Shown piece after piece: positions 47,484 to 56,137 of a DNA stretch of 64,000 bases. The stretch covers positions 8,198 through 72,197 of the forward strand of contig CAVQFU010000008.1 in assembly GCA_963711895.1 (NCBI GenBank), in the 5' to 3' direction. Under the pieces are notes generated by a model that saw only the letters and a list, made by a program, of their open reading frames with translations, had not been told where the DNA came from and searched no databases. The DNA is from an uncultured Acidobacteriota bacterium. Its GTDB lineage: Bacteria > Actinomycetota > Acidimicrobiia > Spongiisociales > ZC4RG35. Numbering within the stretch: the stretch's first letter is position 1; each line of letters starts with the position of its first letter. A program made the translations under genes and the position numbers.

Positions 47484-47863
47484 TGGAGATTCCCGACGAT
47501 CTGCTCTACACCGAGGAGCACGAGTGGATCCGACAGGTGGGCGATTCCCTCGTTCGGATCGGGATCACCGATTACGCCCAGGACCAACTCGGTGACGTGG
47601 TGTATGTCGAGCTGCCCCCCATCGGGAAAGAGGTCGCCAAGGACGATGTCTTGGTCGAGGTGGAGAGCACCAAGTCGGTTGGCGAGGTCTACGCCCCATT
47701 TGCCGGAAAGATCACCGACGTAAACGAGAAGATCTCCGACAGCCCCGAGCTGGTCAACCAGAGCCCCTATGAGGATGGCTGGCTGGTGCTGATGAGTGTC
47801 GACGATGAGATGCCCACCGATGGCCTTCTCGACGCGGCCCGATACCGCGACCTGACCGAGTAG
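47483..47863 (+). CDS. gcvH: glycine cleavage system protein H
   Basis: YTEEHEWIR...VEVESTKSVGEVYAP lipoyl-lysine motif. GAGGAGG SD. TGATG overlap with pgsA. Confidence 0.9.
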   Translation: MEIPDDLLYTEEHEWIRQVGDSLVRIGITDYAQDQLGDVVYVELPPIGKEVAKDDVLVEVESTKSVGEVYAPFAGKITDVNEKISDSPELVNQSPYEDGWLVLMSVDDEMPTDGLLDAARYRDLTE

Positions 47864-47908
47864 TCCGGTCGCCGGGCTCACAGCCGGCAACTCCCTATCA
47901 TCTCCTCC

Positions 47909-48352
47909 GTGACCGATGAGCGCGAGCCCGGGGAGGAGCAGCCCGAACCTCGACTAGAGGTTGACGGTGACCCGACCGTGGTCTACGTCCCGATCCAGGA
48001 CCGAGCAGACCACCCGATGACCAGGGAGGAAGCGTCCAGCCTCGACGGGGTGACAGGTTATGCCCTGATCGTCGAGAAAGGCCCCAAGACCGGGATGACC
48101 TACCTGCTCCCGGAGGGAAACACGACAGTGGGACGGCATCCGGAGAGTGACATCTTCCTCAATGACGTGACCGTATCGCGCCAGCATTGCCGGTTTGTGG
48201 CCGACGACGACGGTCTCGTCGTCGAGGACAGCGGATCGACCAACGGGACCTATGTGAATGATGCCCGGGTCGACCAGGCGACGCTGAAGGCGGGGGACGA
48301 GGTTCTCGTGGGCAGGTTCCATTTCGTCGTCGCCCATGGCGATGACCGATAG
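47909..48352 (+). CDS. FHA domain-containing protein (GarA/OdhI position)
   Basis: FHA core TTVGRHPESDIFLNDVTVSRQHCRF...STNGTYVN. Located after gcvH, as garA is in mycobacteria. Confidence 0.8.
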   Translation: MTDEREPGEEQPEPRLEVDGDPTVVYVPIQDRADHPMTREEASSLDGVTGYALIVEKGPKTGMTYLLPEGNTTVGRHPESDIFLNDVTVSRQHCRFVADDDGLVVEDSGSTNGTYVNDARVDQATLKAGDEVLVGRFHFVVAHGDDR

Positions 48353-49019
48353 CCAGTCGCTGAGCATCGGAGAGGTGATCAACCTCCTTCGTGACGACTT
48401 CCCCGATGTGTCGGTGTCGAAGATCCGCTTTCTGGAGTCACAGGGGCTGATCGACCCCGGTCGCTCCGACAGCGGGTACCGCCAGTTCGATCAGGAGGAC
48501 CTGGCCAGGCTCCGTTTCATCCTTCAGCAGCAACGCGATCATTTCCTCCCACTGAAGGTCATCAAATCGAAGCTCACCCTGTGGGAGCGGGGCGAGGACC
48601 TTGCCTCTCGCACCGCCGTGCCGGCATCAAGCCTCGAGTCGAAGGGCGAGCCCCTGAGCCGGGACGACCTGCTCCGAAGGTCCGGGCTCTCACCTACAGA
48701 GCTGGACGATCTCCTCGACGTGGGGATAGTCCGCTCCATGGGCGACCCGCAGGTATTCGCCCCGGAAACAGGTATCGTCGCCACCGAGGCGAAACGGTTG
48801 ATGGACCAGGGCCTGGAGCCAAGACATCTCCGCGCCGTCCGTCTCTCGGTGGATAGGGAGGCGGATCTGCTTCGCCAGCTCGCCGCCCCACTGCTTCGGG
48901 CCAATAACCCCGAGGCGAGGGCGCGGGCAATGGACCTCCTCGAACTGAGTGGAGGATCGGTCCAGGCGATGCATCGCGCCATGCTCGAAGTCGAGCTAAA
49001 GCAACAAGTCACTTCATGA
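48336..49019 (+). CDS. MerR family transcriptional regulator (FtsR/Rv1828-like position)
   Basis: SIGEVINLL...VSKIRFLESQGLIDPGRSDSGYRQF HTH motif. Confidence 0.8.
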   Translation: MAMTDSQSLSIGEVINLLRDDFPDVSVSKIRFLESQGLIDPGRSDSGYRQFDQEDLARLRFILQQQRDHFLPLKVIKSKLTLWERGEDLASRTAVPASSLESKGEPLSRDDLLRRSGLSPTELDDLLDVGIVRSMGDPQVFAPETGIVATEAKRLMDQGLEPRHLRAVRLSVDREADLLRQLAAPLLRANNPEARARAMDLLELSGGSVQAMHRAMLEVELKQQVTS

Positions 49020-50143
49020 ACAGATCTTTTCGGGCAGGTGGGGCGCTAGCCCTCGTTCTCTTTGTCTTCGCCGCGCCCGTTTCTGCGGCTCCCTTCACCT
49101 ACCCGGCGCCCGTGCTGGAGACATTCCCGGCGCCGGAGGCACCCGACGTGACCGCCGCGTCCTGGATCCTCTTCGACGAGTCAACCGACACCGTTATCGC
49201 CGAGCTCAACGCCGACGAGGAGCGGGCTATGGCTTCGGTGACAAAGATCATGACCGGGTTGCTCACGGTCGAGAACTCCTTCCCGGCCGAGACAGTGACG
49301 ATCTCGGAACGCGCCGCCAACACCGGTGAGAAAGAGATCGAACTGGTGGCGGGGGAGACCGTCTCGATGGACGCCCTGTTCAAGGCGCTGATGATCCACT
49401 CCGCCAACGACGCCGCCACCGCCATCGCCGAGCACATATCCGGGTCGGTCGAGGAGTTCGTCGTCCTGATGAACCAGCGGGCCGCCGAGCTCGGACTCAC
49501 TCACACGTCGTTCCAAAATCCGCACGGTCTCGATGCCCCCGACCACTACACCAGCGCTCGTGACTTGCTCAGCCTGGCGAGGGTGGCGATGGACCATCCA
49601 CAGTTCACCGAAGTGGTGATGGCCAAGAAGCTGGTGTTCCCTCCGGCACCTGACGGCACACCGCGGACCGGCAGCTCGACGAACCTCATGCTCTGGTCAT
49701 ATGAGGGCTCGATGGGCGTCAAGACAGGATTCACCGCCCAGGCGCTCCTCACCTACGTGGCGGCGGCAGAGCGAGAGGGCCGGCGCCTGTATGCCGTGTT
49801 GCTCGGATCCGACGGCGATCGTGCGCATTTCGCCGACGCGACCGAGCTCTTCGACTACGGGTTCAAGGAGCTCGGGTTCTTCGGTGATGCCTCGACCGGC
49901 TCGCCGTACGTCGCCCTCAAGGGCCGTCAGGCCCCCGACCCCCTCGTCTCTCTGGGGAACATGGAGACCTACCTCCACCTGGCCGGCCAGGGTTTGATGC
50001 TGGAGAGCCCGAGTCCGCTCCGGGCCCTGCCAGAGCCCACCCCGCCACCCATTGTCGAGGTCACGAGGAATCCCGATCCTGCTCCGAGGTCCGTGATGGA
50101 GACGATGCGGTTCTGGCTGGACCTGGCACTCGGAGTGGAATGA
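49016..50143 (+). CDS. D-alanyl-D-alanine carboxypeptidase (S11 family)
   Basis: Signal peptide plus SVTK (SxxK), SAN (SxN) and KTG motifs. ATGA overlap with the upstream MerR-family gene. Confidence 0.85.
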   Translation: MNRSFRAGGALALVLFVFAAPVSAAPFTYPAPVLETFPAPEAPDVTAASWILFDESTDTVIAELNADEERAMASVTKIMTGLLTVENSFPAETVTISERAANTGEKEIELVAGETVSMDALFKALMIHSANDAATAIAEHISGSVEEFVVLMNQRAAELGLTHTSFQNPHGLDAPDHYTSARDLLSLARVAMDHPQFTEVVMAKKLVFPPAPDGTPRTGSSTNLMLWSYEGSMGVKTGFTAQALLTYVAAAEREGRRLYAVLLGSDGDRAHFADATELFDYGFKELGFFGDASTGSPYVALKGRQAPDPLVSLGNMETYLHLAGQGLMLESPSPLRALPEPTPPPIVEVTRNPDPAPRSVMETMRFWLDLALGVE

Positions 50144-50712
50144 CCGCCTTCGATCATGCGATCGAGGTCGTGACCGAGGAGGACATCGAGTCCCGTGTCG
50201 CCGAGCTCGGCCGGGCGATCACCGAGGACTATGCCGATCGAGAGCCCCTCTTCACGGTGGTCATGACGGGCTCGATCCCGTTCGCGGCCGATCTCGTCCG
50301 GTCGGTGGATCTGCGGTCGGAGGTCGACTTCCTGGGTCTCAACCGGTTCGGAGAGAGTGGGCGAATCGGGATCGCGATGGATCTGTCCACGCCGGTCCTC
50401 GATCGGAATGTGATCCTGGTCGAGGACATCACCGACACCGGGCTCACGCTCTCCGTCCTGCGCCGAATGATCATGGATCGGGGAGCGCGCAGTGTCGCCA
50501 CGGCATCGCTCATAGACAAGAAGGTGCGCAGGGTCACCGAGGTCCCTATCGAATACCGTGGATTCGAGGTCGGGGACGAGTATCTGGTCGGCTACGGGAT
50601 GGACTGGCATGGCCTCTACCGGAACCTTCGCTCCATCTGGGCCGTGCTCGACATGGAGGCCTTCGTCAACGACCCTGGAGTGCTGGCCAGGTCGCTCGGG
50701 ATGGCCACCTGA
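50140..50712 (+). CDS. hpt: hypoxanthine phosphoribosyltransferase
   Basis: PRPP motif VILVEDITDTGLTL. ATGA overlap with the upstream carboxypeptidase gene. Confidence 0.85.
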   Translation: MTAFDHAIEVVTEEDIESRVAELGRAITEDYADREPLFTVVMTGSIPFAADLVRSVDLRSEVDFLGLNRFGESGRIGIAMDLSTPVLDRNVILVEDITDTGLTLSVLRRMIMDRGARSVATASLIDKKVRRVTEVPIEYRGFEVGDEYLVGYGMDWHGLYRNLRSIWAVLDMEAFVNDPGVLARSLGMAT

Positions 50713-50747
50713 GGGCAAGACCGGCCCGGTGATAACCTCAGTGCGCA

Positions 50748-51272
50748 ATGCCGGGTGAAAAAGATGCCCTCATCGCAATGGACGTCGTGGGTGTGAGGGT
50801 GGAGCTTCCGTCCAATCAGCCGATCGTCCTGCTCAGGGAGGCCGATGGGCCTCGATATCTCCCGATCTGGATCGGGGGCTCAGAGGCCACTGCCATTGCC
50901 ACCGCACTGGAGGGTGTGGTCCCGCCCCGTCCTCTCACACACGACCTCATGCGCTCGGTTATCGACGCCCTCGGGGCGCTGGCGGTGCGCGTGGTCATAA
51001 CCGAGATGCGGGACTCGGTCTTCTATGCAGACCTCTCCCTCGATATCTCGGGTCGGGAGGTGCACGTCTCTTCCCGGCCCTCGGACGCCATCGCCCTGGC
51101 TGTTCGCACCGGGACGCCTGTCTTTGCCTTTCCCTCGGTCCTCGACGACGCCGGCGTCGTCTTCGAAGAGGAGGAGGAGAACGAAGAGGAAGAGGTCGCC
51201 AAATTCAGGGAGTTTCTCGAGGAAGCGACCATCGAAGACTTCCTCGGTGGCGGCGGGGAAACCCCCGACTGA
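50748..51272 (+). CDS. bifunctional nuclease family protein (DUF151)
   Basis: VGVRVELPSNQPIVLLRE...YLPIWIGGSEATAIA and an acidic C-terminal tail. Confidence 0.8.
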   Translation: MPGEKDALIAMDVVGVRVELPSNQPIVLLREADGPRYLPIWIGGSEATAIATALEGVVPPRPLTHDLMRSVIDALGALAVRVVITEMRDSVFYADLSLDISGREVHVSSRPSDAIALAVRTGTPVFAFPSVLDDAGVVFEEEEENEEEEVAKFREFLEEATIEDFLGGGGETPD

Positions 51273-51303
51273 ACTCTTTCCCCAGGTTTATCCACAGATT
51301 TCG

Positions 51304-51333
51304 TTGACACGGGTCCCTCGACAGGGGTAGCTT
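51304..51333 (+). promoter_or_regulatory. candidate sigma-70-type promoter for the MerR gene at 51378
   Basis: TTGACA (51304-09), an 18-nt spacer containing CCCT-CGAC-AGGG, then TAGCTT (51328-33). Confidence 0.35.
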
Positions 51334-51348
51334 GCTCACAACGGCGGA

Positions 51349-51364
51349 GTTACACGGTTGTAAC
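51349..51364 (+). promoter_or_regulatory. perfect inverted repeat GTTACA-CGGT-TGTAAC in the leader of the MerR gene
   Basis: Read directly from the sequence. It ends 2 nt before the GGAGGA SD (51367-72) of ATG 51378. Confidence 0.4.
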
Positions 51365-51377
51365 CCGGAGGACTCAC

Positions 51378-51848
51378 ATGACCCAAGAGCGGGAGCTGGG
51401 CTACCGCGCCCCCCAGGTCTGCAAGCTGGTCGGCATCACTTACCGGCAGCTGGATTACTGGGCGCGCACCGATCTGATACGCCCCTCGCTCCAGCAGGCA
51501 ACCGGCTCAGGCTCGCAAAGGCTCTATTCTTTCTCCGACGTGGTCCAACTGAAGGTCATCAAGCGGCTCCTCGATGCAGGGATGAGTCTCAAGAAGATCC
51601 GTTCCGCGGTCACCATCCTCGCCGAGCAATTGGATTCGGAGCGCCCTCTGGCCGATGTGACCCTTCTCAGCGACGGTCAGACCATCTACGCCGCACACTC
51701 CGAGCAGGAAGTGGTCGATGTATTCCGGCGGGGCCAGGGGGTGTTCGGCATCGCCATCGGCCCGGTGCAGGACGAGGTGGAGGGTGACATCCACCAACTG
51801 TTTCCCGGAGACGAGCTAGCAGGGGTCGTCGAGGCAGGAGCCACCTGA
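51378..51848 (+). CDS. MerR family transcriptional regulator (Rv1830-like position)
   Basis: YRAPQVCKLVGITYRQLDYWARTDLIRPS...RLYSFSDVVQLKVIKRLLDAGMSLKKIR. Confidence 0.85.
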   Translation: MTQERELGYRAPQVCKLVGITYRQLDYWARTDLIRPSLQQATGSGSQRLYSFSDVVQLKVIKRLLDAGMSLKKIRSAVTILAEQLDSERPLADVTLLSDGQTIYAAHSEQEVVDVFRRGQGVFGIAIGPVQDEVEGDIHQLFPGDELAGVVEAGAT

Positions 51849-52282
51849 TCACGCAGCGACAATCGGCGCACGAGACCGAGTTCGCTCACAACAGTGAGCG
51901 CCAGTTCGCACTTCTCCTCGACTTCTACGAAGTGCCATGGGATTACGAGCCGAGATCCTTTCCCATCTCCTGGGACGATGAGGGCACGCCGACCCAATAC
52001 TTCACACCTGACTTCTATCTGCCTGACGACGATCTCTACATCGAGATCACAACGATGAGCCAAAAGCTCGTCACGAAGAAGAACGGCAAGCTCCGTCGGC
52101 TCAAGGAGCTCTATCCGGAGATCAGCTGCAAGCTGTTCTATCAGCGTGACTACCTCAACCTGGTGGTCAAATACGGTCTGGAGGGCCCGGAGAACCTCGA
52201 AGAGGCCCCGGCGCCCACCCGGATGCCGGGACGCCCGGCAGTCGTTCGACTCGAGGAGCGAGGCGAACGACTCATCGGATGA
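51845..52282 (+). CDS. hypothetical protein with a PD-(D/E)xK-like (TnsA-N-like) motif pattern; the start may be CTG 51845, and the first canonical start is GTG 51932
   Basis: SERQFALLLDFYEVPWDYEP...YFTPDFYLPDDDLYIEITT. The coding-looking frame is open from 51788. ATGA overlap with gcvT at the 3' end. Confidence 0.55.
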   Translation: MITQRQSAHETEFAHNSERQFALLLDFYEVPWDYEPRSFPISWDDEGTPTQYFTPDFYLPDDDLYIEITTMSQKLVTKKNGKLRRLKELYPEISCKLFYQRDYLNLVVKYGLEGPENLEEAPAPTRMPGRPAVVRLEERGERLIG

Positions 52283-53331
52283 ACCGGTCGCCCCTGCACG
52301 ACCTCCATCAGCGACTGGGTGCCCGATTCGTTGACTTCGGAGGATGGGAGATGCCGGTCCAGTACGGGTCGGTCCTCGCCGAGCACCGCGCGGTGCGGGG
52401 CAGCGCAGGCTGGTTCGACGTGACCCATCTCGGCCGGTTCGAGCTCTCGGGCGCCGGCGCCGAGCATGCCCTCCTCCAGCTCCTCAGCAACGACATCACC
52501 GCGATCACCTCGGGACGGACCCAGTACTCGCTGATGCTCGACGATGACGGAGGGATCGTCGATGACCTGGTCATCTGGTGGTGGGGCCCGAATCGCTACT
52601 GGGTGTTCCCGAACGCCGCCAATCACGGCCGGGTGATGGCCGCGTTCGCCGGCGAGTCGGGCTGCGAGGTGCGCGACCTGCAGACCAATACCGTCCTCAT
52701 CGCGATCCAGGGACCTCAGGGCCCGTCGGTGATCGAAGAACTCTTTGGCGACGCCCCGAAGCGATTTCGCACCGCGTCTCATTCCTGGGAGTCGGGTGAG
52801 GTCGCCATTGCCGGCACCGGCTATACCGGCGAGCGGGGTGGAGAAGTCTGTGCCGACCCCCAGACCGGATTGCAGCTCGCCGAAAGCCTCACATCCATGT
52901 CTGTTGTCCCTTGTGGCCTCGCCTCACGCGACACCTTGCGTCTCGAGGCCGGCCTCCCGTTGTGGGGGTCGGACATCGACGAGTCGACCACTCCGCTCGA
53001 ATCGGGTCTCGATTTCGCCGTTGACATGGATCATGATTTCCGCGGGCGGGCCGCGCTGGAATCGCAGCTTCGAGAAGGCCCGACGCGGCGTCTGATCGGT
53101 TTCGTTCTCGACGAGAAGGGGATCCCGCGGCACGGGCACAAGGTGCGGACCCCGGAGGGCGACGGCGAAGTCACCTCGGGCAACCTGAGCCCGATGCTCG
53201 ACACCGGGATGGGGCTCGCCTACATCTCGCCACCACCGACGACCGGAGCCACGGACATCGAAGTAGAGATCCGGGAGCGTTGGGTGAAGGGAAGCATCGT
53301 CAAACCGCCGTTTCACAAGGCCAAGCAATGA
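52279..53331 (+). CDS. gcvT: glycine cleavage system aminomethyltransferase T
   Basis: SPLHDLHQRLGARFVDFGGWEMPVQY...GYTGERG motifs. Confidence 0.9.
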   Translation: MNRSPLHDLHQRLGARFVDFGGWEMPVQYGSVLAEHRAVRGSAGWFDVTHLGRFELSGAGAEHALLQLLSNDITAITSGRTQYSLMLDDDGGIVDDLVIWWWGPNRYWVFPNAANHGRVMAAFAGESGCEVRDLQTNTVLIAIQGPQGPSVIEELFGDAPKRFRTASHSWESGEVAIAGTGYTGERGGEVCADPQTGLQLAESLTSMSVVPCGLASRDTLRLEAGLPLWGSDIDESTTPLESGLDFAVDMDHDFRGRAALESQLREGPTRRLIGFVLDEKGIPRHGHKVRTPEGDGEVTSGNLSPMLDTGMGLAYISPPPTTGATDIEVEIRERWVKGSIVKPPFHKAKQ

Positions 53332-53831
53332 GCGTTCAGATCGAAGGTCGTCCCGAGGTGCCCGACGGTTACGGGGTGAAAGATGAGGGGCCATTCCTGC
53401 CATGGACTGACGTCGAGGACTGGTTGGTCGAAGCCACCGAGTATTGGATGGCCACTACCCGTCCCGACGGCAGGCCGCATGTCGTCCCCCGCTGGGGTGT
53501 CTGGCTCGACGACCGATTTTGGTACGACGGCTCACCCATGACCCGTCACGCCAGGAACATCGCCTCCAACCCGGCCTGTGCCCTTCATCTCGAGAGTGGC
53601 ACGACGGTCACGATCATCGAAGGGTTGTCCAGGTTCGCCGAGCCGATCCTGGGTGAGCTGGGGGAGCGTCTCGCCGCCGAGTACGCCCGCAAATATGAGA
53701 GGCTCGGCTACGCCCCTGCTGCCGACGCCTGGTCGGGAGACGATGCCGGCGGGATGTGCGTCCTGACCCCGGCGAAGGGAATCGCGTGGTCACAGTTCCC
53801 CACGGACATGACCCGCTACGTGTTCGATTGA
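53328..53831 (+). CDS. pyridoxamine 5'-phosphate oxidase family protein
   Basis: YWMATTRPDGRPHVVPRWGVWLDDRFWY split-barrel pattern. ATGA overlap with gcvT. Confidence 0.65.
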   Translation: MSVQIEGRPEVPDGYGVKDEGPFLPWTDVEDWLVEATEYWMATTRPDGRPHVVPRWGVWLDDRFWYDGSPMTRHARNIASNPACALHLESGTTVTIIEGLSRFAEPILGELGERLAAEYARKYERLGYAPAADAWSGDDAGGMCVLTPAKGIAWSQFPTDMTRYVFD

Positions 53832-53870
53832 CGCCTCTTTAGGATTTCCGTCACAGGAACGAGGAGAGCC

Positions 53871-54680
53871 ATGGCCAGCATTGCCCGTCCGGTGCCGTCA
53901 GTGGACATCGGGATCGAATTGGTGAGGGACTGGGTGCCCGACGGAGCGCCTCGTGCCCACATCGTCCTGGTCCATGGCATCGCCGAGCACTGCGGTCGCT
54001 ATGAGCGGACCGGGTCACTCCTGGCCGCGGCAGGATTCTTCGTCCGCTCATTCGATCTGATCGGTTTCGGAGGATCCGGCGGTACCAGGGGCGACATCGA
54101 CGATTGGTCGCGCTATCACGATCAGATCCAGGTGCACATGGAGTGGGCCCGGGAGCAAGGCACACCGGTAGTCCTGATGGGCCATTCGATGGGGGGGAAC
54201 CTGGCGCTGGGGTATGCGCTGACCGGTCGCCCAGCCCCCGACCTGCTGGTCCTGTCTGCTCCGGCGCTGGCCGGCGGCGCCGCCTGGCAACGCGCCGTGG
54301 CTGGAGTGGCGAGCAGACTCGCCCCGACCATGGCGATCCCCACCTCGTTCAAGGGAGAGCAGTTGTCACGGGACCCGGCGGTCGCAGAGACCTACTTCTC
54401 CGACCCCCTCGTCTACCAGAAGTCGACCACACGCCTCGGTTCGGCCCTGTTCGAAGCCATGGACGAGTTGAACGACAGCTTCACCGATCTCACCATCCCG
54501 ACCCTGGTCCTGCACGGCAGCGCCGACACCATCGTCCCGCCTCAGTCCACCGCCGCTCTCGGGGAGTTGCCCAACGTGGAACGGCGGTTGCTGCCCGGTC
54601 TGCGACACGAGATCCTCAACGAGCCGGAGGGACCGGAGCTGGTGCAGGAGATCACATCCTGGATCGACTCCCGGATCTGA
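53871..54680 (+). CDS. alpha/beta hydrolase (lysophospholipase/monoacylglycerol lipase-like)
   Basis: HGIAEHCGRYE and the nucleophile elbow GHSMGG. Confidence 0.8.
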   Translation: MASIARPVPSVDIGIELVRDWVPDGAPRAHIVLVHGIAEHCGRYERTGSLLAAAGFFVRSFDLIGFGGSGGTRGDIDDWSRYHDQIQVHMEWAREQGTPVVLMGHSMGGNLALGYALTGRPAPDLLVLSAPALAGGAAWQRAVAGVASRLAPTMAIPTSFKGEQLSRDPAVAETYFSDPLVYQKSTTRLGSALFEAMDELNDSFTDLTIPTLVLHGSADTIVPPQSTAALGELPNVERRLLPGLRHEILNEPEGPELVQEITSWIDSRI

Positions 54681-54684
54681 GCCC

Positions 54685-55080
54685 ATGCCCTTGCCCAAGG
54701 GGCTCGCCCGGTTCAACCGCGTGGTCACCAACCGCATCAGCCGTCCCCTGGCTGGGTGGCTCCCCGGCTTTGCCGTGATCGTCCATCGTGGCCGAAAGTC
54801 GGGCGTCGAATACCGAACGCCGCTCAATGCCTGGCTGGGTGAGGACGACGTCATCGTGGCACTGACCTATGGGAGGGACACCGACTGGATGAAGAACCTG
54901 ACCGCGGCAGATGGCGGGGAGATCGTTATGGGCAGGAGGACCTACCGGGTGGGGCCGCCGCAGTACATCGGGCCCGAGGGGATGAGGCGAATGCCCGCCG
55001 TGGCCACGCCGATACTGCGATCTATAGACGTCGACGAATTCGCCCTGCTGCCCCTTATCAGCTCGGATCGGCCCACCTGA
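54685..55080 (+). CDS. deazaflavin-dependent nitroreductase family protein (DUF385/Ddn-like)
   Basis: FNRVVTNRISRPLAG...HRGRKSGVEYRTPL...YGRDTDWMKNL. Confidence 0.7.
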   Translation: MPLPKGLARFNRVVTNRISRPLAGWLPGFAVIVHRGRKSGVEYRTPLNAWLGEDDVIVALTYGRDTDWMKNLTAADGGEIVMGRRTYRVGPPQYIGPEGMRRMPAVATPILRSIDVDEFALLPLISSDRPT

Positions 55081-56092
55081 TCAGCACCTTGCCCGAGTCC
55101 TGGGACGCGGTGGCATCGAATGCTGCGTCGAAATCGTCGACCTCGAAACGATGGGTGATCACCGGGGAGATGTCGACTCCCGACTGGATCAGGACGTTCA
55201 TCTTGTACCAGGTCTCGAACATCTCCCGACCGTAGATCCCCTTGAGATTGAGCATGTTGAAGATGACGATGCTCCAGTCGATGGGGAAAGGGTCGGTCGG
55301 GATCCCGAGGATGGCCACGTTGGCTCCATGGATCGTGTTCTGAATAATGTCTTCCATGGCCGATGGGCTGCCCGACATCTCCAGGGCGACGTCGAACCCT
55401 TCGGTCATACCCAACTCGCCCTGAATATCGTGGAGGTCCTCGGACCTGACGTCGACGGTGCGGGTCGCCCCCATCCTCTTGGCCAGATCGAGCCGGAACG
55501 GGTTCACATCGGTCACCACCACGTTGCGAGCACCTGCGTGGGCCACCACAGCACATGCCATGAGCCCGATCGGGCCGGCCCCCGTGATCAGGACATCCTC
55601 GCCGAGGACGTCGAATTCGAGGGCGGTGTGGACTGCATTCCCGAAGGGATCGAAGATGGCGGCGATCTCCGGGTCGAGCCCTTCCTGGTGCCTCCACACA
55701 TTCGACTTGGGGATGAGCACGTAGTCGGCGAATGCCCCCGGCAGGTTCACCCCGATGCCCCTGGCGTCCTGACACAGGTGGCGTCTCCCGGCGAGGCAGT
55801 TGCGACAGCGGTTGCAGACCACATGACCCTCGGCGCCGACCAACTCTCCCACCTCGAAGCCGGAGACGTTGGGGCCCAGGGCGACGATCTCACCCGAGAA
55901 CTCGTGCCCGACGGTCATCGGGGCGGGGATTGTGGCCCGAGCCCAGTCGTCCCAGTTGAATATGTGCAGGTCGGTGCCACAGATCCCGGTTGTCAGCACC
56001 CGGATCAGGATGTCATCGGGCCCCGGTTCGGGGATCGGGACGTCATCGAGACGCAGCCCCACCTCGTCGGCATGTTTCACCAGAGCCCTCAT
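55058..56092 (-). CDS. tdh: L-threonine 3-dehydrogenase
   Basis: MRALVKHADEVGLRLDDVPIPEPG...GICGTDLHI...GHEFSG zinc-ADH motifs. The track ORF extends falsely to 56644. Confidence 0.85.
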   Translation of the reverse strand: MRALVKHADEVGLRLDDVPIPEPGPDDILIRVLTTGICGTDLHIFNWDDWARATIPAPMTVGHEFSGEIVALGPNVSGFEVGELVGAEGHVVCNRCRNCLAGRRHLCQDARGIGVNLPGAFADYVLIPKSNVWRHQEGLDPEIAAIFDPFGNAVHTALEFDVLGEDVLITGAGPIGLMACAVVAHAGARNVVVTDVNPFRLDLAKRMGATRTVDVRSEDLHDIQGELGMTEGFDVALEMSGSPSAMEDIIQNTIHGANVAILGIPTDPFPIDWSIVIFNMLNLKGIYGREMFETWYKMNVLIQSGVDISPVITHRFEVDDFDAAFDATASQDSGKVLIRWADPS

Positions 56093-56137
56093 GAACCCGA
56101 ACGTTAAAGGAGGGAGCGTCACTCTTCGCATGAATCC

